A stretch of 64,000 nt of DNA from Candidatus Enterousia sp. (GTDB lineage Bacteria; Pseudomonadota; Alphaproteobacteria; Rs-D84), in contig JAZQCG010000012.1 of NCBI GenBank assembly GCA_045546155.1, positions 477-64,476 on the forward strand, given 5' to 3'. Made by a program: the position numbers and the translations under genes. Numbering within the stretch: position 1 is the first letter of the stretch; each line of letters begins with the position of its first letter. This document shows positions 18,372-29,887 of this stretch, piece after piece. Under the pieces are notes generated by a model. It was not told where the DNA came from. It saw only the letters and a list, made by a program, of their open reading frames with translations, and made no database searches.

Positions 18372-19559
18372 ATGGCAAAAGAAAAGTATGTAAGAACCAA
18401 ACCGCACGTCAATATTGGTACAATTGGTCACGTTGACCATGGTAAAACAACATTGACAGCTGCTATTGTTCATTACTTTGGTGTTGGTGCAGACGCTCAG
18501 AAAGGCGTTTCAGAAATTGACAACGCACCAGAAGAAAAAGCACGTGGTATAACAATTAACACTGCTCACGTTGAATATGAATCAGAAACACGTCACTATG
18601 CACACGTTGACTGTCCAGGACACGCGGACTATGTTAAAAACATGATTACTGGTGCCGCTCAGATGGACGGTGCTATCTTGGTAGTTGCTGCAACAGACGG
18701 TCCAATGCCACAGACGCGTGAACACATCTTGTTGGCACGTCAGGTTGGTATTCCAAAAATCGTTGTGTTCTTGAACAAATGTGACTTGGCAAACGATCCA
18801 GAATTGTTGGAATTGGTTGAAATGGAAATCCGTGAATTGTTGTCTAACAACGATTTCGACGGTGATAACACACCAATCATCCGTGGTTCTGCAGTATCTG
18901 CTGTTGAAGGCAAAAACGACGGTTTGGGTAAAGAATCTATCGAAGCTTTGTTGAAAGCTTGCGACGAATACATCCCAATGCCAGAACGTCCAGTTGACAA
19001 ACCATTCTTGATGCCAATTGAAGACGTATTCTCTATCACAGGTCGTGGTACAGTAGTAACAGGTCGTGTAGAATCTGGTGTTATCAAAGTTGGTGACGAA
19101 TGTGAAATCGTTGGTCTGCGTCCAACACAGAAAACAACAGTTACAGGCGTCGAAATGTTCCGCAAATTGCTGGTTCAGGGTGAAGCCGGTGACAATGTAG
19201 GTTTGTTGTTGCGTGGTACTAAGAAGGAAGATGTAGAACGTGGTCAGATTATCTGCAAACCTGGTTCTATCACACCACACACAGAATTCGAAGCTGAAGT
19301 TTATATCTTGACGAAGGAAGAAGGTGGCCGTCATACAGCGTTCTTCTCTAACTATCGTCCACAGTTCTTCTTCAGCACAACAGACGTAACAGGTACAATT
19401 ACCTTGCCTGCAGACAAAGAAATGGTTCTGCCAGGTGACAACGTTCGTATCAATGTGCAATTGATTGCACCAATTGCTATGGACGAAGGTCGTCGCTTTG
19501 CTATCCGTGAAGGCGGACGCACAGTTGGCGCAGGTGTTGTATCCAAAATTGTAAAATAA
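18372..19559 (+). CDS. tuf: Elongation factor Tu
   Basis: 395 aa. [21 protein letters not shown]. Confidence 0.99.
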   Translation: MAKEKYVRTKPHVNIGTIGHVDHGKTTLTAAIVHYFGVGADAQKGVSEIDNAPEEKARGITINTAHVEYESETRHYAHVDCPGHADYVKNMITGAAQMDGAILVVAATDGPMPQTREHILLARQVGIPKIVVFLNKCDLANDPELLELVEMEIRELLSNNDFDGDNTPIIRGSAVSAVEGKNDGLGKESIEALLKACDEYIPMPERPVDKPFLMPIEDVFSITGRGTVVTGRVESGVIKVGDECEIVGLRPTQKTTVTGVEMFRKLLVQGEAGDNVGLLLRGTKKEDVERGQIICKPGSITPHTEFEAEVYILTKEEGGRHTAFFSNYRPQFFFSTTDVTGTITLPADKEMVLPGDNVRINVQLIAPIAMDEGRRFAIREGGRTVGAGVVSKIVK

Positions 19560-19632
19560 TGAAATCATGGGTCGGTGTAACTGAATTAAAAGCGTCAGTG
19601 ATTACCGGCCCAGTTAAAGTAAGGAAACAACA

Positions 19633-19944
19633 ATGGTACCAACATCAAAAATTCGTATCAAGTTGACGGCATTCGATCACCGTATCTTGATGGAATCCGT
19701 AGAAGAAATTGTTAAAACGGCCAAACGCACAGGCGCAGAAGTCGTTGGACCAGTTCGCTTGCCGACATTGGTTCAAAAATTTACGGTAAACCGTTCTCCA
19801 CACGTTGATAAAAAATCACGTGAACAGTTCGAAATCCGCAATCATAAAGCGGTTGTCGATATTGTTAATCCAACCCCTCAGACAGTAGATGCCTTGATGA
19901 AGTTGGATTTGGCATCAGGTGTTGATGTAAAAATTAAATTGTAA
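19633..19944 (+). CDS. rpsJ: 30S ribosomal protein S10
   Basis: [15 protein letters not shown]... Confidence 0.97.
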   Translation: MVPTSKIRIKLTAFDHRILMESVEEIVKTAKRTGAEVVGPVRLPTLVQKFTVNRSPHVDKKSREQFEIRNHKAVVDIVNPTPQTVDALMKLDLASGVDVKIKL

Positions 19945-20021
19945 ACAATAAAACCGTCAGTGTTGGTGTGGAATTATTCTGAACCACACCAACCAACTGA
20001 CATAAAAAAAGGCATAAAAAA

Positions 20022-20747
20022 ATGAAACGTAGCGGATTAATTACAACAAAAATAGGAATGACGCGTCTGTATGATGATGGCGGCGTTGCACACCCAGTAA
20101 CCGTTTTGTCGGTTGGTGATTGCGCGGTCATTGGAAATCGCACGCAGGATAAAAATGGCTATGTCGCAAATATCTTAGGTATGCGCGAAGCCAAGGCAAA
20201 ACACGTTGCAAAACCACAATTGAAGGCGGCTGAAAAAGCAGGGGTAAAACCATATCGCAAAGTGGTTGAATTCCGTGTAACAGATGACTGTGTTATCCCA
20301 GCAGGGACACAATTGTCGGCGTCTCATTTTGTTGCAGGCCAGTTTGTCGACGTTCAAGCGACAAGCAAAGGTAAAGGCTTCCAGGGTGCTATGAAACGTC
20401 ATAACTTTGGCGGTAAAGAAGCAACCCACGGTGTATTGAAAGCACATCGTTCAATCGGTTCGACTGGTATGCGTGAATGGCCAGGTCGCGTTCTGAAAGG
20501 TAAAAAGATGCCTGGACAGATGGGTAACGAAACTGTTACTGTTCAGAATCTGAAAGTTTTTGGTGTTGATGCATCTGAAAACTTGATCTTTGTTGAAGGC
20601 GCAGTTCCAGGTTCAAACGGTACTTTTGTATTGGTAACCGATGCGATTAAAAAAGAACACAAAGATTTACCAGTTCCGACAGTTGTTGTAAGCAATGAAA
20701 CAGAACAAGTAACAGAAACAACCGAAACAGAAACTGTTGCGGAATAA
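20022..20747 (+). CDS. rplC: 50S ribosomal protein L3 (with acidic C-terminal extension)
   Basis: MKRSGLITTKIGMTRLY.. core; tail ..SNETEQVTETTETETVAE. Confidence 0.97.
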   Translation: MKRSGLITTKIGMTRLYDDGGVAHPVTVLSVGDCAVIGNRTQDKNGYVANILGMREAKAKHVAKPQLKAAEKAGVKPYRKVVEFRVTDDCVIPAGTQLSASHFVAGQFVDVQATSKGKGFQGAMKRHNFGGKEATHGVLKAHRSIGSTGMREWPGRVLKGKKMPGQMGNETVTVQNLKVFGVDASENLIFVEGAVPGSNGTFVLVTDAIKKEHKDLPVPTVVVSNETEQVTETTETETVAE

Positions 20748-20786
20748 TAAAAATAAAAAAGCGACAGAAATAAGTGAGGTAGAAAA

Positions 20787-21407
20787 ATGCAATTAGATAT
20801 TATTAATTTTGATGGCAAAGTTGTTGGTAAGGCTGATTTGGCTGACAGCATCTTTGGTTTAGATCCACGCGCGGATATTTTGCATCGTGTTGTTACTTGG
20901 CAGCGCGCAAAACAACGTGCCGGTACACATGCTGTAAAAACTGTATCTGATGTACAGGGCAGTGGTAAAAAAGCATTCAAACAGAAGAAAACAGGTAACG
21001 CACGTCAAGGTGAAAGATACAACGTTCATATGCGTGGCGGTGGTGTTGTTCACGGTCCAGTTGTTCGTGATCATTCAATTGACTTGCCAAAGAAAATACG
21101 TAGCTTAGGTTTGAAGATGGCATTATCTTCAAAAATCAAAGATGGTTCTTTGGTTGTTATCGATTCTGAAAAATTGGCTGCAGCAAAAACAGGTGCTTTT
21201 GCGAAACAGTTGAAAAAGCTGGAAATCGCGTCTGCATTGTTCGTTGGTGCAGATCAATTGGATGAAAACTTCAAGAAATCTGCGGCAAATATCGCAAATA
21301 TCGACGTATTGCCGACAATGGGCTTAAATGTTTTGGATATTCTGAAACACGAAAAATTGGTTTTGACAGCTGATGCAGTCAAAGCGATTGAAGCCCGCTT
21401 GGCATAA
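20787..21407 (+). CDS. rplD: 50S ribosomal protein L4
   Basis: L4 core (..RQGERYNVHMRGGGVVHGP..) at the expected operon position. Confidence 0.96.
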   Translation: MQLDIINFDGKVVGKADLADSIFGLDPRADILHRVVTWQRAKQRAGTHAVKTVSDVQGSGKKAFKQKKTGNARQGERYNVHMRGGGVVHGPVVRDHSIDLPKKIRSLGLKMALSSKIKDGSLVVIDSEKLAAAKTGAFAKQLKKLEIASALFVGADQLDENFKKSAANIANIDVLPTMGLNVLDILKHEKLVLTADAVKAIEARLA

Positions 21408-21442
21408 TAAAATAAGCAACAGATAAATAAAAGGTCAATAAA

Positions 21443-21775
21443 ATGGCAGAAAAAAAAGTAAGTACAGAGAAAAAAATCGTTGCGACCGCCGGTATTTATG
21501 ATATACTGCGTCGTCCGGTTATCTCGGAAAAGGCTGCAAAATTGTCTGAAAACAATGGTGTTGCATTTGAAGTTGCGCCAAGCGCAACCAAAGAAGATGT
21601 TGCACGTGCGGTTCAGGCTATCTATGGTGTAAAACCGGTTAAGGTAAACATCGTAGTGACAAAAGGTAAAGTGAAAACTTTCCGTGGTCGCAGCACAGGT
21701 ACACAACGCACAGTTAAAAAAGCATATGTGTCCCTGCCGGCAGATGCAGAATTGAATCTGACGGAAAATGCATAA
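21443..21775 (+). CDS. rplW: 50S ribosomal protein L23
   Basis: YDILRRPVISEKA...AFEVAPSATKEDV, at the expected operon position. Confidence 0.95.
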   Translation: MAEKKVSTEKKIVATAGIYDILRRPVISEKAAKLSENNGVAFEVAPSATKEDVARAVQAIYGVKPVKVNIVVTKGKVKTFRGRSTGTQRTVKKAYVSLPADAELNLTENA

Positions 21776-21857
21776 TAAATAAAATAAACAGCCTTGGCAG
21801 AGAACCCAAAATAAAAGGGTGTTATTGCCAAGGCATAAAACAGTAAGGAAAAATAAA

Positions 21858-22691
<834 letters not shown>

Positions 22692-22710
22692 TAAAAAAAC
22701 GGAGTAAATG

Positions 22711-22995
22711 ATGTCTCGTTCAGTATGGAAAGGGCCTTATGTTCACCCATCTGTTTTGAAAAAAGCAGCTGCGGCGAATGAAAAAAACGACCATAAGCCA
22801 ATTAAAACTTGGTCACGTGGTAGCACAATTGTGCCACCAATGGTTGGATTAACATTTGATGTTCACAATGGTAATAAATTTATCCCAGTATCAATCAACG
22901 AAGATATGATTGGTCATAAATTGGGTGAATTTGCACCAACACGTACATTCAAAGGCCATGCTGCAAATAAAAAGGCCGCAGCAGGCAAGAAATAA
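22711..22995 (+). CDS. rpsS: 30S ribosomal protein S19
   Basis: [11 protein letters not shown].. The second ATG is preferred because its spacing to GGAG (22701-22704) is 6 nt. Confidence 0.96.
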   Translation: MSRSVWKGPYVHPSVLKKAAAANEKNDHKPIKTWSRGSTIVPPMVGLTFDVHNGNKFIPVSINEDMIGHKLGEFAPTRTFKGHAANKKAAAGKK

Positions 22996-23022
22996 TAATT
23001 CTGATATCAAAAGGTAACAGTT

Positions 23023-23424
23023 ATGACAACAGCAAGATATGGAATCAAAGATAATCAAGTTCGTGCGTTCAATAAAATGATCCGCATCAGCCACCAGAAA
23101 TTAAACCTGGTTTGTGATTTGGTGCGTGGTTTGCCAGTTGAACGTGCAATTGATGTCTTGAAATTTTCAAAGAAGCGTGTTGCCGGCGAAGTTTTAAAAA
23201 CTTTATTGTCAGCCGTTGCAAATGCAGAACACAACAAAAAATTAGCAGCAGATACACTGTTTGTTAAAGAAATTTGGTGTGGTAAAGCGTTAACAATGAA
23301 ACGCATTATGCCGGGACCACGTGGTAGCGCACGTCCAATTTTGAAACCATTTTCAAATTTGACAATTGTTTTGGAATCTGGCGCAGCACCATCTAAGAAA
23401 GCAACAAAAAAAGAAGCAAAATAA
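23023..23424 (+). CDS. rplV: 50S ribosomal protein L22
   Basis: L22 core (RISHQKLNLVCDLVRG..) at the expected operon position. Confidence 0.95.
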   Translation: MTTARYGIKDNQVRAFNKMIRISHQKLNLVCDLVRGLPVERAIDVLKFSKKRVAGEVLKTLLSAVANAEHNKKLAADTLFVKEIWCGKALTMKRIMPGPRGSARPILKPFSNLTIVLESGAAPSKKATKKEAK

Positions 23425-23516
23425 TGTAAGTCGTGTGGGGCGGTATGGGACTGAAACGTTCCTGAATAAAGCGAAAGCTTCAAGAACGCCCCCACAAAAT
23501 ATAAGGAAAAAAAGAA

Positions 23517-24227
23517 ATGGGACAGAAAGTATCACCAATTTCACTGCGCGAATTTATCAACAAGATTACTGATTCTCGTTGGATTGCAGGCAAGAAAGAT
23601 TATGCAAATCTGTTGGCCGAAGACATTAAAATTCGCAAATTTATTGAAAAGAAATTGAAAAAAGCTGGCTTGGCTAAGGTTGTTATTGAACGCTTTGCCA
23701 AAAAAGTAGTTGTAACAATTCATACCTCGCGTCCAGGTATGATTATCGGTAAGAACGGCGCCGATATCGAAACATTACGTAACGATATCAAAAAACTGGT
23801 TAAAAATGACCAGGTCGTAGTTAACATCTACGAAGTTCGTCGTCCAGACCTGAATGCGCAATTAGTTGCACAAAACATTGCGCAGCAAATCGAAGGCCGC
23901 GTTTCGTTCAAACGTGCAATGAAAAAAGCCGTTCAGAACGCACAAAAAGCAGGGGCTCAGGGTATCAAAGTTATGTGCTCGGGTCGTTTAAATGGTGCGG
24001 AAATCGCCCGCAGCGAACAAATTCGCGAAGGTCGTATTCCATTGCACACTTTGCGCGCGGATATTGACTATGCGTCAATCCAGGCGAAAACAACATATGG
24101 TGTTATCGGTGTGAAAGTTTGGATTTACACAGGTGATGTTGTAAATAAAGACAAGTTGGCATCTGAAATGGCACGTCCAACAGAATATGCCGGCAGCAGC
24201 GAAAGAAAAAACACAATTCGTAAATAA
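23517..24227 (+). CDS. rpsC: 30S ribosomal protein S3
   Basis: [11 protein letters not shown]..., KH-domain region, [10 protein letters not shown]. Confidence 0.98.
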   Translation: MGQKVSPISLREFINKITDSRWIAGKKDYANLLAEDIKIRKFIEKKLKKAGLAKVVIERFAKKVVVTIHTSRPGMIIGKNGADIETLRNDIKKLVKNDQVVVNIYEVRRPDLNAQLVAQNIAQQIEGRVSFKRAMKKAVQNAQKAGAQGIKVMCSGRLNGAEIARSEQIREGRIPLHTLRADIDYASIQAKTTYGVIGVKVWIYTGDVVNKDKLASEMARPTEYAGSSERKNTIRK

Positions 24228-24251
24228 TATAAATACACAAGGGATTAAGTC

Positions 24252-24665
24252 ATGTTAATGCCAAATAAAACAAAATTTCGCAAACAGCACAAAGGCCGTA
24301 TTCACGGTGTTGCGAAAGGTGGCAGCGAATTAGCATTTGGTTCTTTTGGACTGAAAGCAATGTCACCAGAACGCGTAACAGCGCGCCAAATTGAAGCAGC
24401 GCGTCGCGCAATCACACGTCACATGAGACGTATGGGTAAACTGTGGATTCGTATTTTCCCAGACGTTCCTGTTACTTCTAAGCCAGCCGAAGTTCGTATG
24501 GGTAAGGGTAAAGGTGCGGTTGAATACTGGATCTGCCGTGTAAAACCAGGTCGTATTATGTTTGAATTGGATGGTGTAAAACCAGAAGTTGCATATGAAG
24601 CATTTGCTTTGGCTGCAGCAAAATTACCAGTTAAAACAAAAGTCGTTGAACGTAAAGCAAACTAA
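24252..24665 (+). CDS. rplP: 50S ribosomal protein L16
   Basis: [16 protein letters not shown]... Confidence 0.98.
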   Translation: MLMPNKTKFRKQHKGRIHGVAKGGSELAFGSFGLKAMSPERVTARQIEAARRAITRHMRRMGKLWIRIFPDVPVTSKPAEVRMGKGKGAVEYWICRVKPGRIMFELDGVKPEVAYEAFALAAAKLPVKTKVVERKAN

Positions 24666-24687
24666 TTAAACGCGAAGGTAAGATAAA

Positions 24688-24882
24688 ATGGCAGAAAAGA
24701 AAATCGAAAATGAAGCGTTGACGGTCGAAGCGTTGGAAAGCAAATTGGTTGATTTGAAAAAAGAACAAATGAACCAGCGCTTTCAGCACGCAGCAGGTCA
24801 GATGCCAAAAACACATGTTATGCGTCAGACCCGTCGCGAAATTGCACGCGTAAAAACAAAATTGAACGCTGCAAAAAAATAA
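24688..24882 (+). CDS. rpmC: 50S ribosomal protein L29
   Basis: 64 aa at the expected position; L29-like helical sequence (LKKEQMNQRFQHA). Confidence 0.9.
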   Translation: MAEKKIENEALTVEALESKLVDLKKEQMNQRFQHAAGQMPKTHVMRQTRREIARVKTKLNAAKK

Positions 24883-25043
24883 TAACTAATTGCTGATTTT
24901 TGTTGAGATTTCTAAAAATTTAGGTATCATATACGAAGCTCAGTTAATGAAACAAGGATTTTGTCCGTGTTTTTTGCGGCCGCTAAAGATGGCAAAAGTC
25001 GCAGAAAACCGGGCGAAATTAAGAAAATAGTAAGGGAAAAGTT

Positions 25044-25310
25044 ATGCCAAGACGTATACTGCAAGGAACAGTAACAAGTACAGCAAACGACAAAACAGTT
25101 GTCGTAGAAGTGGAACGTCGTTTCCGTCATCCGCTGTATGGTAAGTTCGTTAAGCAGAACAAAAAGTACAAAGCGCACGACGAAAACAACGAATACAAAG
25201 TTGGTGAAATCGTCGCTATTGAAGAACATCGCCCAATTTCCAAGACAAAAGCTTGGGTTGTTAAGGGTCGCGTTGGTGTATCCAAAGACGAAGCGGTTGA
25301 TGTTGAATAA
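25044..25310 (+). CDS. rpsQ: 30S ribosomal protein S17
   Basis: [32 protein letters not shown]. Confidence 0.96.
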   Translation: MPRRILQGTVTSTANDKTVVVEVERRFRHPLYGKFVKQNKKYKAHDENNEYKVGEIVAIEEHRPISKTKAWVVKGRVGVSKDEAVDVE

Positions 25311-25416
25311 TTAACCTGATGGTTCTTTGAGGCTCTGATGGGATGGAAGAGGGCAGTCGGAACCATATAACAAAGCGGTGGGGGATCGCCCCGCTCGCAG
25401 GACAAGGAAGTAAAAA

Positions 25417-25791
25417 ATGATTCAAAACGAAACAGTTATGACAGTGGCTGACAATTCAGGTGCGCGTAAAGCTATGTGCATCAAGGTTTTGGGTGGCTCA
25501 CATCGTCGTTATGCAACAGTCGGTGACAAAATCGTTGTTGCAATTAAAGAAGCCATTCCACGTGGCAAGGTTCAAAAAGGTACTGTACAGCGTGCAATCA
25601 TCGTTCGTACAAAGTTTCCAGTAAAACGTCCAGACGGTTCTATTATCCGTTTCGATGACAATGCGGTTGTTTTGATTAACAAAAACAATTTCGAACCAAT
25701 TGGTACACGTATCTTTGGTCCGATTGCCCGTGAAGTTCGTCGTAAATATGACGTTCAGAAAATCGTGTCTTTGGCACCGGAAGTAATCTAA
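25417..25791 (+). CDS. rplN: 50S ribosomal protein L14
   Basis: [18 protein letters not shown]... Confidence 0.98.
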   Translation: MIQNETVMTVADNSGARKAMCIKVLGGSHRRYATVGDKIVVAIKEAIPRGKVQKGTVQRAIIVRTKFPVKRPDGSIIRFDDNAVVLINKNNFEPIGTRIFGPIAREVRRKYDVQKIVSLAPEVI

Positions 25792-25812
25792 TAACAGATG
25801 GAAGGTCTAAAA

Positions 25813-26115
25813 ATGAAAATTAAAAAAGGCGACGAAGTCGTAGTTATTTCGGGAAAATACAAGGGTGTTAAAGGCAAAGTTCTGGAAGCACGTCCAGTTG
25901 AATCCCGCGTTGTAGTAGAAGGTGTCAATCGTCGTAAATGGCACATCAAACCAACACAAGAACAACCAGGTCACATCATTGACCGCGAAGCACCAATCCA
26001 TGTTTCCAACGTTGCTTTAGTTGATCCAAAAACTAAGAAAGCAACACGCGTTGGTTACAAAGTAGAAGGTGATAAAAAAGTTCGCGTTGCAAAAAAATCT
26101 GGCGCTGAAATATAA
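25813..26115 (+). CDS. rplX: 50S ribosomal protein L24
   Basis: [18 protein letters not shown].. Start trimmed to ATG 25813. Confidence 0.96.
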   Translation: MKIKKGDEVVVISGKYKGVKGKVLEARPVESRVVVEGVNRRKWHIKPTQEQPGHIIDREAPIHVSNVALVDPKTKKATRVGYKVEGDKKVRVAKKSGAEI

Positions 26116-26164
26116 AACAATGGTTTCCGCTGTTACGGAAACAGAAAACATTAAGGAATAAAAA

Positions 26165-26710
26165 ATGCAAAGCAGATTGCGTGAAATTTATGAAAAACAG
26201 ATTGTACCTGAATTGGTAAAAGAATTCGGTTACAAAAATGCTTTGGCGGTTCCAAAACTGACCAAAATCGTATTGAATATGGGTGTTGGCGAAGCGGTAT
26301 CTGATAAAAAGAAATTAGATGCAGCTGTTGCAGATTTGACTGCGATTGCCGCCCAGAAATCAGTTATCACACGTGCAAAGAAATCAATTGCTACATATCG
26401 TCTGCGCGAAGGTCAGGCTATTGGTACAAAGGTTACATTGCGTGGTAAACGTATGTATGACTTCTTGGACAAATTGATTACAGTTGCATTGCCACGTGTA
26501 AAAGACTTTCGTGGTTTGTCAAAATCAAAATTCGATGGTCGTGGTAACTATGCATTTGGTATCAAAGAACATTTGATTTTCCCAGAAATTTCTGTTGACA
26601 AGATTGATGCTATTCGCGGTATGGATATCGTGATTGCAACAACTGCGAAAACAGACGATGAAGCACGTGCATTGCTGACTAAAATCGGCTTGCCATTGGT
26701 TTTGAAATAA
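26165..26710 (+). CDS. rplE: 50S ribosomal protein L5
   Basis: L5 core ([11 protein letters not shown].., GMDIVI.TTA). Confidence 0.97.
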   Translation: MQSRLREIYEKQIVPELVKEFGYKNALAVPKLTKIVLNMGVGEAVSDKKKLDAAVADLTAIAAQKSVITRAKKSIATYRLREGQAIGTKVTLRGKRMYDFLDKLITVALPRVKDFRGLSKSKFDGRGNYAFGIKEHLIFPEISVDKIDAIRGMDIVIATTAKTDDEARALLTKIGLPLVLK

Positions 26711-26727
26711 TAAAAAGGTAAAAGAAG

Positions 26728-27030
26728 ATGGCTAAATTAGCGTTGATAAACAAACAAAAAAGACGTGAAAAGCTGGTCGCACAGTATGCAAAAAAGCACG
26801 ATGCGATTAAAGCAAAAATGTCTGTTAATGCAACACCAGACGAACGTATGGAAGCAATGAAAAAGCTGGCAAAATTGCCACGCAATGCGAACAAAACACG
26901 TCTGCGCAACCGTTGCAGTGTAACGGGTCGTTCACGCGGGTTCTCGCGTTTGTTCGGTCTGTGCCGTCAGCAATTGCGTACATTGGCATCCGAAGGGAAA
27001 TTGCCAGGCGTACGTAAATCAAGCTGGTAA
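26728..27030 (+). CDS. rpsN: 30S ribosomal protein S14 (long, 100-aa type)
   Basis: [13 protein letters not shown]...RNRC..TGRSRGF...LPGVRKSSW. Confidence 0.96.
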   Translation: MAKLALINKQKRREKLVAQYAKKHDAIKAKMSVNATPDERMEAMKKLAKLPRNANKTRLRNRCSVTGRSRGFSRLFGLCRQQLRTLASEGKLPGVRKSSW

Positions 27031-27108
27031 AAACAAGAACAATCCAATTGTGGACAATGCAGTTGGTTAACGTAGTGTGGGGTAACCCACAGATACAAGG
27101 AGTATAAG

Positions 27109-27507
27109 ATGTCATTATCACACCCAATTGGCGATATGGTGACCCGTATTCGTAATGGTCAGAATGCAGGTAAAGAATTCGTCACAGTACCAAACAGCAA
27201 ATTGCGTCAAGCAGTTTTGACTGTTTTAAAAGAAGAAGGTTTCATCACGGATTTCCGCATTGAACAAATTGATGAACACCGTGCAAATATTGTTGTTGAA
27301 TTGAAATACGTTGGTGGCAACGGTGCAATCCAGGAAATTTCTGTTGTATCAAAGCCAGGTCGTCGTGTTTATTCAGGCAGTGCAAAAATGCCAAAAGTCT
27401 TGAACGGTTTGGGTATCGCAATCGTTTCTACACCAAATGGTGTTATGACTGATCACAAGGCACGCTTGATGAACGTTGGCGGTGAAGTATTGTGCAAGGT
27501 TATCTAA
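27109..27507 (+). CDS. rpsH: 30S ribosomal protein S8
   Basis: DPIGDMVTRIRNG-type N-terminus (SHPIGDMVTRIRNGQ). Confidence 0.97.
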   Translation: MSLSHPIGDMVTRIRNGQNAGKEFVTVPNSKLRQAVLTVLKEEGFITDFRIEQIDEHRANIVVELKYVGGNGAIQEISVVSKPGRRVYSGSAKMPKVLNGLGIAIVSTPNGVMTDHKARLMNVGGEVLCKVI

Positions 27508-27525
27508 GAAAGTGAGGATTGAATT

Positions 27526-28077
27526 ATGTCTCGTGCAGGAAAATATCCAGTTAAACTGAAAGATGGCGTTAGTGTCGCAATGGCGGACAACGCATTGGTC
27601 GTCAAAGGGCCAAAGGGTGAATTGAAATTAGCCTTGGATACAAAAAATGCAAACTTGGTTGACGTTGCTATTGAAGAAGGCCAGGTTGTAATTACACCAA
27701 AAGATGCAGAAGACAAAGCATCACGCGCAATGTGGGGTACGATGGCTCGTAATATCCGCAGTGCAGTTCAGGGTGTATCCGAAGGTTTTGCAAAACCTAT
27801 GTATATGAAGGGTGTTGGTTATAAAGCATCGGTCAAAGGTAATCAATTGGTATTGGTTGCGGGTTATTCACACGATGTTATTATGGACATCCCAGCGGGC
27901 TTGACCGTTGTTATGGGTGATGCACCAACAGAATTTACTGTTATGGGTATGGATAAATGCTTGGTTGGCCAATTCGCGGATAAAATCCACAAGGTTCGCA
28001 AAGCAGACCCATATAAAGGTAAAGGTATCTTCTATAAGGGCGAAAGAATCCGCCGCAAAGAAGGTAAAAAGAAATAA
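27526..28077 (+). CDS. rplF: 50S ribosomal protein L6
   Basis: MSRAGKYPVKL... with the L6 two-domain pattern. Confidence 0.96.
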   Translation: MSRAGKYPVKLKDGVSVAMADNALVVKGPKGELKLALDTKNANLVDVAIEEGQVVITPKDAEDKASRAMWGTMARNIRSAVQGVSEGFAKPMYMKGVGYKASVKGNQLVLVAGYSHDVIMDIPAGLTVVMGDAPTEFTVMGMDKCLVGQFADKIHKVRKADPYKGKGIFYKGERIRRKEGKKK

Positions 28078-28127
28078 TAACTAATTGATTCCCGCTGTTA
28101 CGGGGATCGGAACAAAGGAAAAAGAAA

Positions 28128-28484
28128 ATGTTGAAACATTTATCTACAGAAGAAAGACGTACACTGGCGAATCGCGGTGCGTTGAAAAGAAAAAATCCTG
28201 GCAAGATTCGTTTGTCGGTTTTCCGTTCTGGACGTCATATTGAAGTTCAGGCGATTGATGATGTCAAAGGCCACACAGTTTGTGCTGCTTCGTCCAAAGA
28301 AAAGGGCTTTGCTGGTAAAGGCTGGAATATTGCAGGTGCAGAACTGGTTGGTAAAGCATTAGCAGAACGTATTGTTGCTGCGAAAATTGCTGACAACTGC
28401 TATTTTGATCGTGGTGGTTATCGTTATCACGGTCGTGTAAAAGCACTGTGCGAAGCAATCCGCGCAGGTGGTGTAAGAATCTAG
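28128..28484 (+). CDS. rplR: 50S ribosomal protein L18
   Basis: ..RLSVFRSGRHIEVQAIDD...FDRGGYRYHGRVKAL. Confidence 0.96.
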   Translation: MLKHLSTEERRTLANRGALKRKNPGKIRLSVFRSGRHIEVQAIDDVKGHTVCAASSKEKGFAGKGWNIAGAELVGKALAERIVAAKIADNCYFDRGGYRYHGRVKALCEAIRAGGVRI

Positions 28485-28508
28485 GATCAGGAATAACGGA
28501 GTATATAA

Positions 28509-29066
28509 ATGGCACGTTTTGATGATAAAAAATTGCAGACGGATAATTTGGTAGATAAATTAGTTTCTATCAACCGTGTGTCTAAAACAGTAAAAGGTGG
28601 ACGTAATATGTCTTTCTCGGCCTTGGTTGTGGTCGGGGACAAGGCAGGTCGTGTTGGTTTCGGCAAAGGTAAAGCACTGGAAGTTCAGGCTGCTGTGCAG
28701 AAAGCAACAAAGGCTGCAAAAGCAAAGATGATTCGCGTTCCATTGAAGGAAGGTCGTACATTACATCACGATAGCGCGGCTAAATACGGTGCAAGCAAAT
28801 TGGTTGTACGTTCAGCAGTTCCAGGTACTGGTATTATTGCTGGTGGTGCGTTGCGTGCAGTATTTGAATGCTTGGGTGTTCAGGACGTTGTTGTTAAATC
28901 ACAGGGTTCAAACAATCCAAACAATATGATCCGTGCAGCGTTCTTGGCGTTCAATAAAATGAATTCTCCAAAAACTGTGGCGGCACGTCGTGGCAAGACA
29001 GTTGCGGAAATTATCGCCGGTCGTGACGGTAAAAAATTAGAAGCAACTGATGCAGAAGCGAAATAA
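28509..29066 (+). CDS. rpsE: 30S ribosomal protein S5
   Basis: ..[26 protein letters not shown].. Confidence 0.97.
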   Translation: MARFDDKKLQTDNLVDKLVSINRVSKTVKGGRNMSFSALVVVGDKAGRVGFGKGKALEVQAAVQKATKAAKAKMIRVPLKEGRTLHHDSAAKYGASKLVVRSAVPGTGIIAGGALRAVFECLGVQDVVVKSQGSNNPNNMIRAAFLAFNKMNSPKTVAARRGKTVAEIIAGRDGKKLEATDAEAK

Positions 29067-29093
29067 TCTGGACAATTGATAGGAGTTTGAATT

Positions 29094-29270
29094 ATGGCTA
29101 AAATAGTTGTAAAACAAGTTAAAAGTACAATCGGTCGTCCAGAATCACAGGTCAAAATTGTAAAAGCTTTGGGCCTGGGACGCATCGGTAAAACCAAAGA
29201 AATGGAAGATACAGCATCTGTACGTGGTATGGTTGCCAAAGTTTCTCATTTGGTTGAAATTGTAAAATAA
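29094..29270 (+). CDS. rpmD: 50S ribosomal protein L30 (58 aa; below the ORF-track length cutoff)
   Basis: Hand translation: [65 protein letters not shown] at 29081-29085; expected position between rpsE and rplO. Confidence 0.92.
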   Translation: MAKIVVKQVKSTIGRPESQVKIVKALGLGRIGKTKEMEDTASVRGMVAKVSHLVEIVK

Positions 29271-29363
29271 GAAAAAATAAACCGAGTACGTGGACAAGGG
29301 GGACTTGTCCACGTGCGAAAAAAGACTATATAAATAGTCGTTAGGACAAAAAGGAAAGAAAAA

Positions 29364-29822
29364 ATGAAATTAAATGCATTGATGGATAATTTTGGTGCAC
29401 GTAAAGACGTTAAACGCGTTGGTCGTGGTATGGCATCAGGTTATGGTAAAACAGCAGGTCGTGGTCACAAAGGTCAGAAGGCACGCAGTGGTTCACGTAA
29501 ACAGGCAACTTTCCAGGGTGGTCAGATGCCAATTCTGCGCCGTTTCCCAAAATTCGGTTTCAACAATCCTTTTGCGAAGGAATATGTTACAATCAATTTG
29601 GGTGATATTGAAAAATTCATTGCATCTGGCAAGATTGATGCGTCCAAAGAAATCACAATTGATTCTTTGTTGGCTGCAAAAATCATCAATCGCAAATTAG
29701 ATGGCTTGAAAGTTTTGGCCAAAGGCGAAATTAAAACAGCTGTTAATGTTGTTGCTACGAAATGGTCAAAATCAGCAGAAGAAGCGATTGTTAAAGCTGG
29801 TGGTTCAATTAAAAACAACTAA
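29364..29822 (+). CDS. rplO: 50S ribosomal protein L15
   Basis: ..RVGRGMASGYGKTAGRGHKGQKARSG.. Confidence 0.97.
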   Translation: MKLNALMDNFGARKDVKRVGRGMASGYGKTAGRGHKGQKARSGSRKQATFQGGQMPILRRFPKFGFNNPFAKEYVTINLGDIEKFIASGKIDASKEITIDSLLAAKIINRKLDGLKVLAKGEIKTAVNVVATKWSKSAEEAIVKAGGSIKNN

Positions 29823-29887
29823 TCTTTCTTTACGGCACTTGGGGCAAATACCCCAAGTGCCGTTCAACGGTTAAAATTCAAAGCGCA

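Noticed and set aside
18582-19568. 328-aa ORF on the minus strand spanning almost all of tuf
   Set aside because: It lies antisense to an unambiguous EF-Tu gene. Its composition (Cys/Phe/Thr/Asn-rich) is the mirror of biased tuf codons, and it has no start context. This is a shadow ORF.
26123-28108. Identical 12-mer ccgctgttacgg forming the apex of the hairpins after rplX and after rplF, as a possible specific element
   Set aside because: Identical 12-mers are expected by chance many times in 64 kb (on the order of 100 pairs), and the flanks are not otherwise similar. It is mentioned only within the general hairpin finding.
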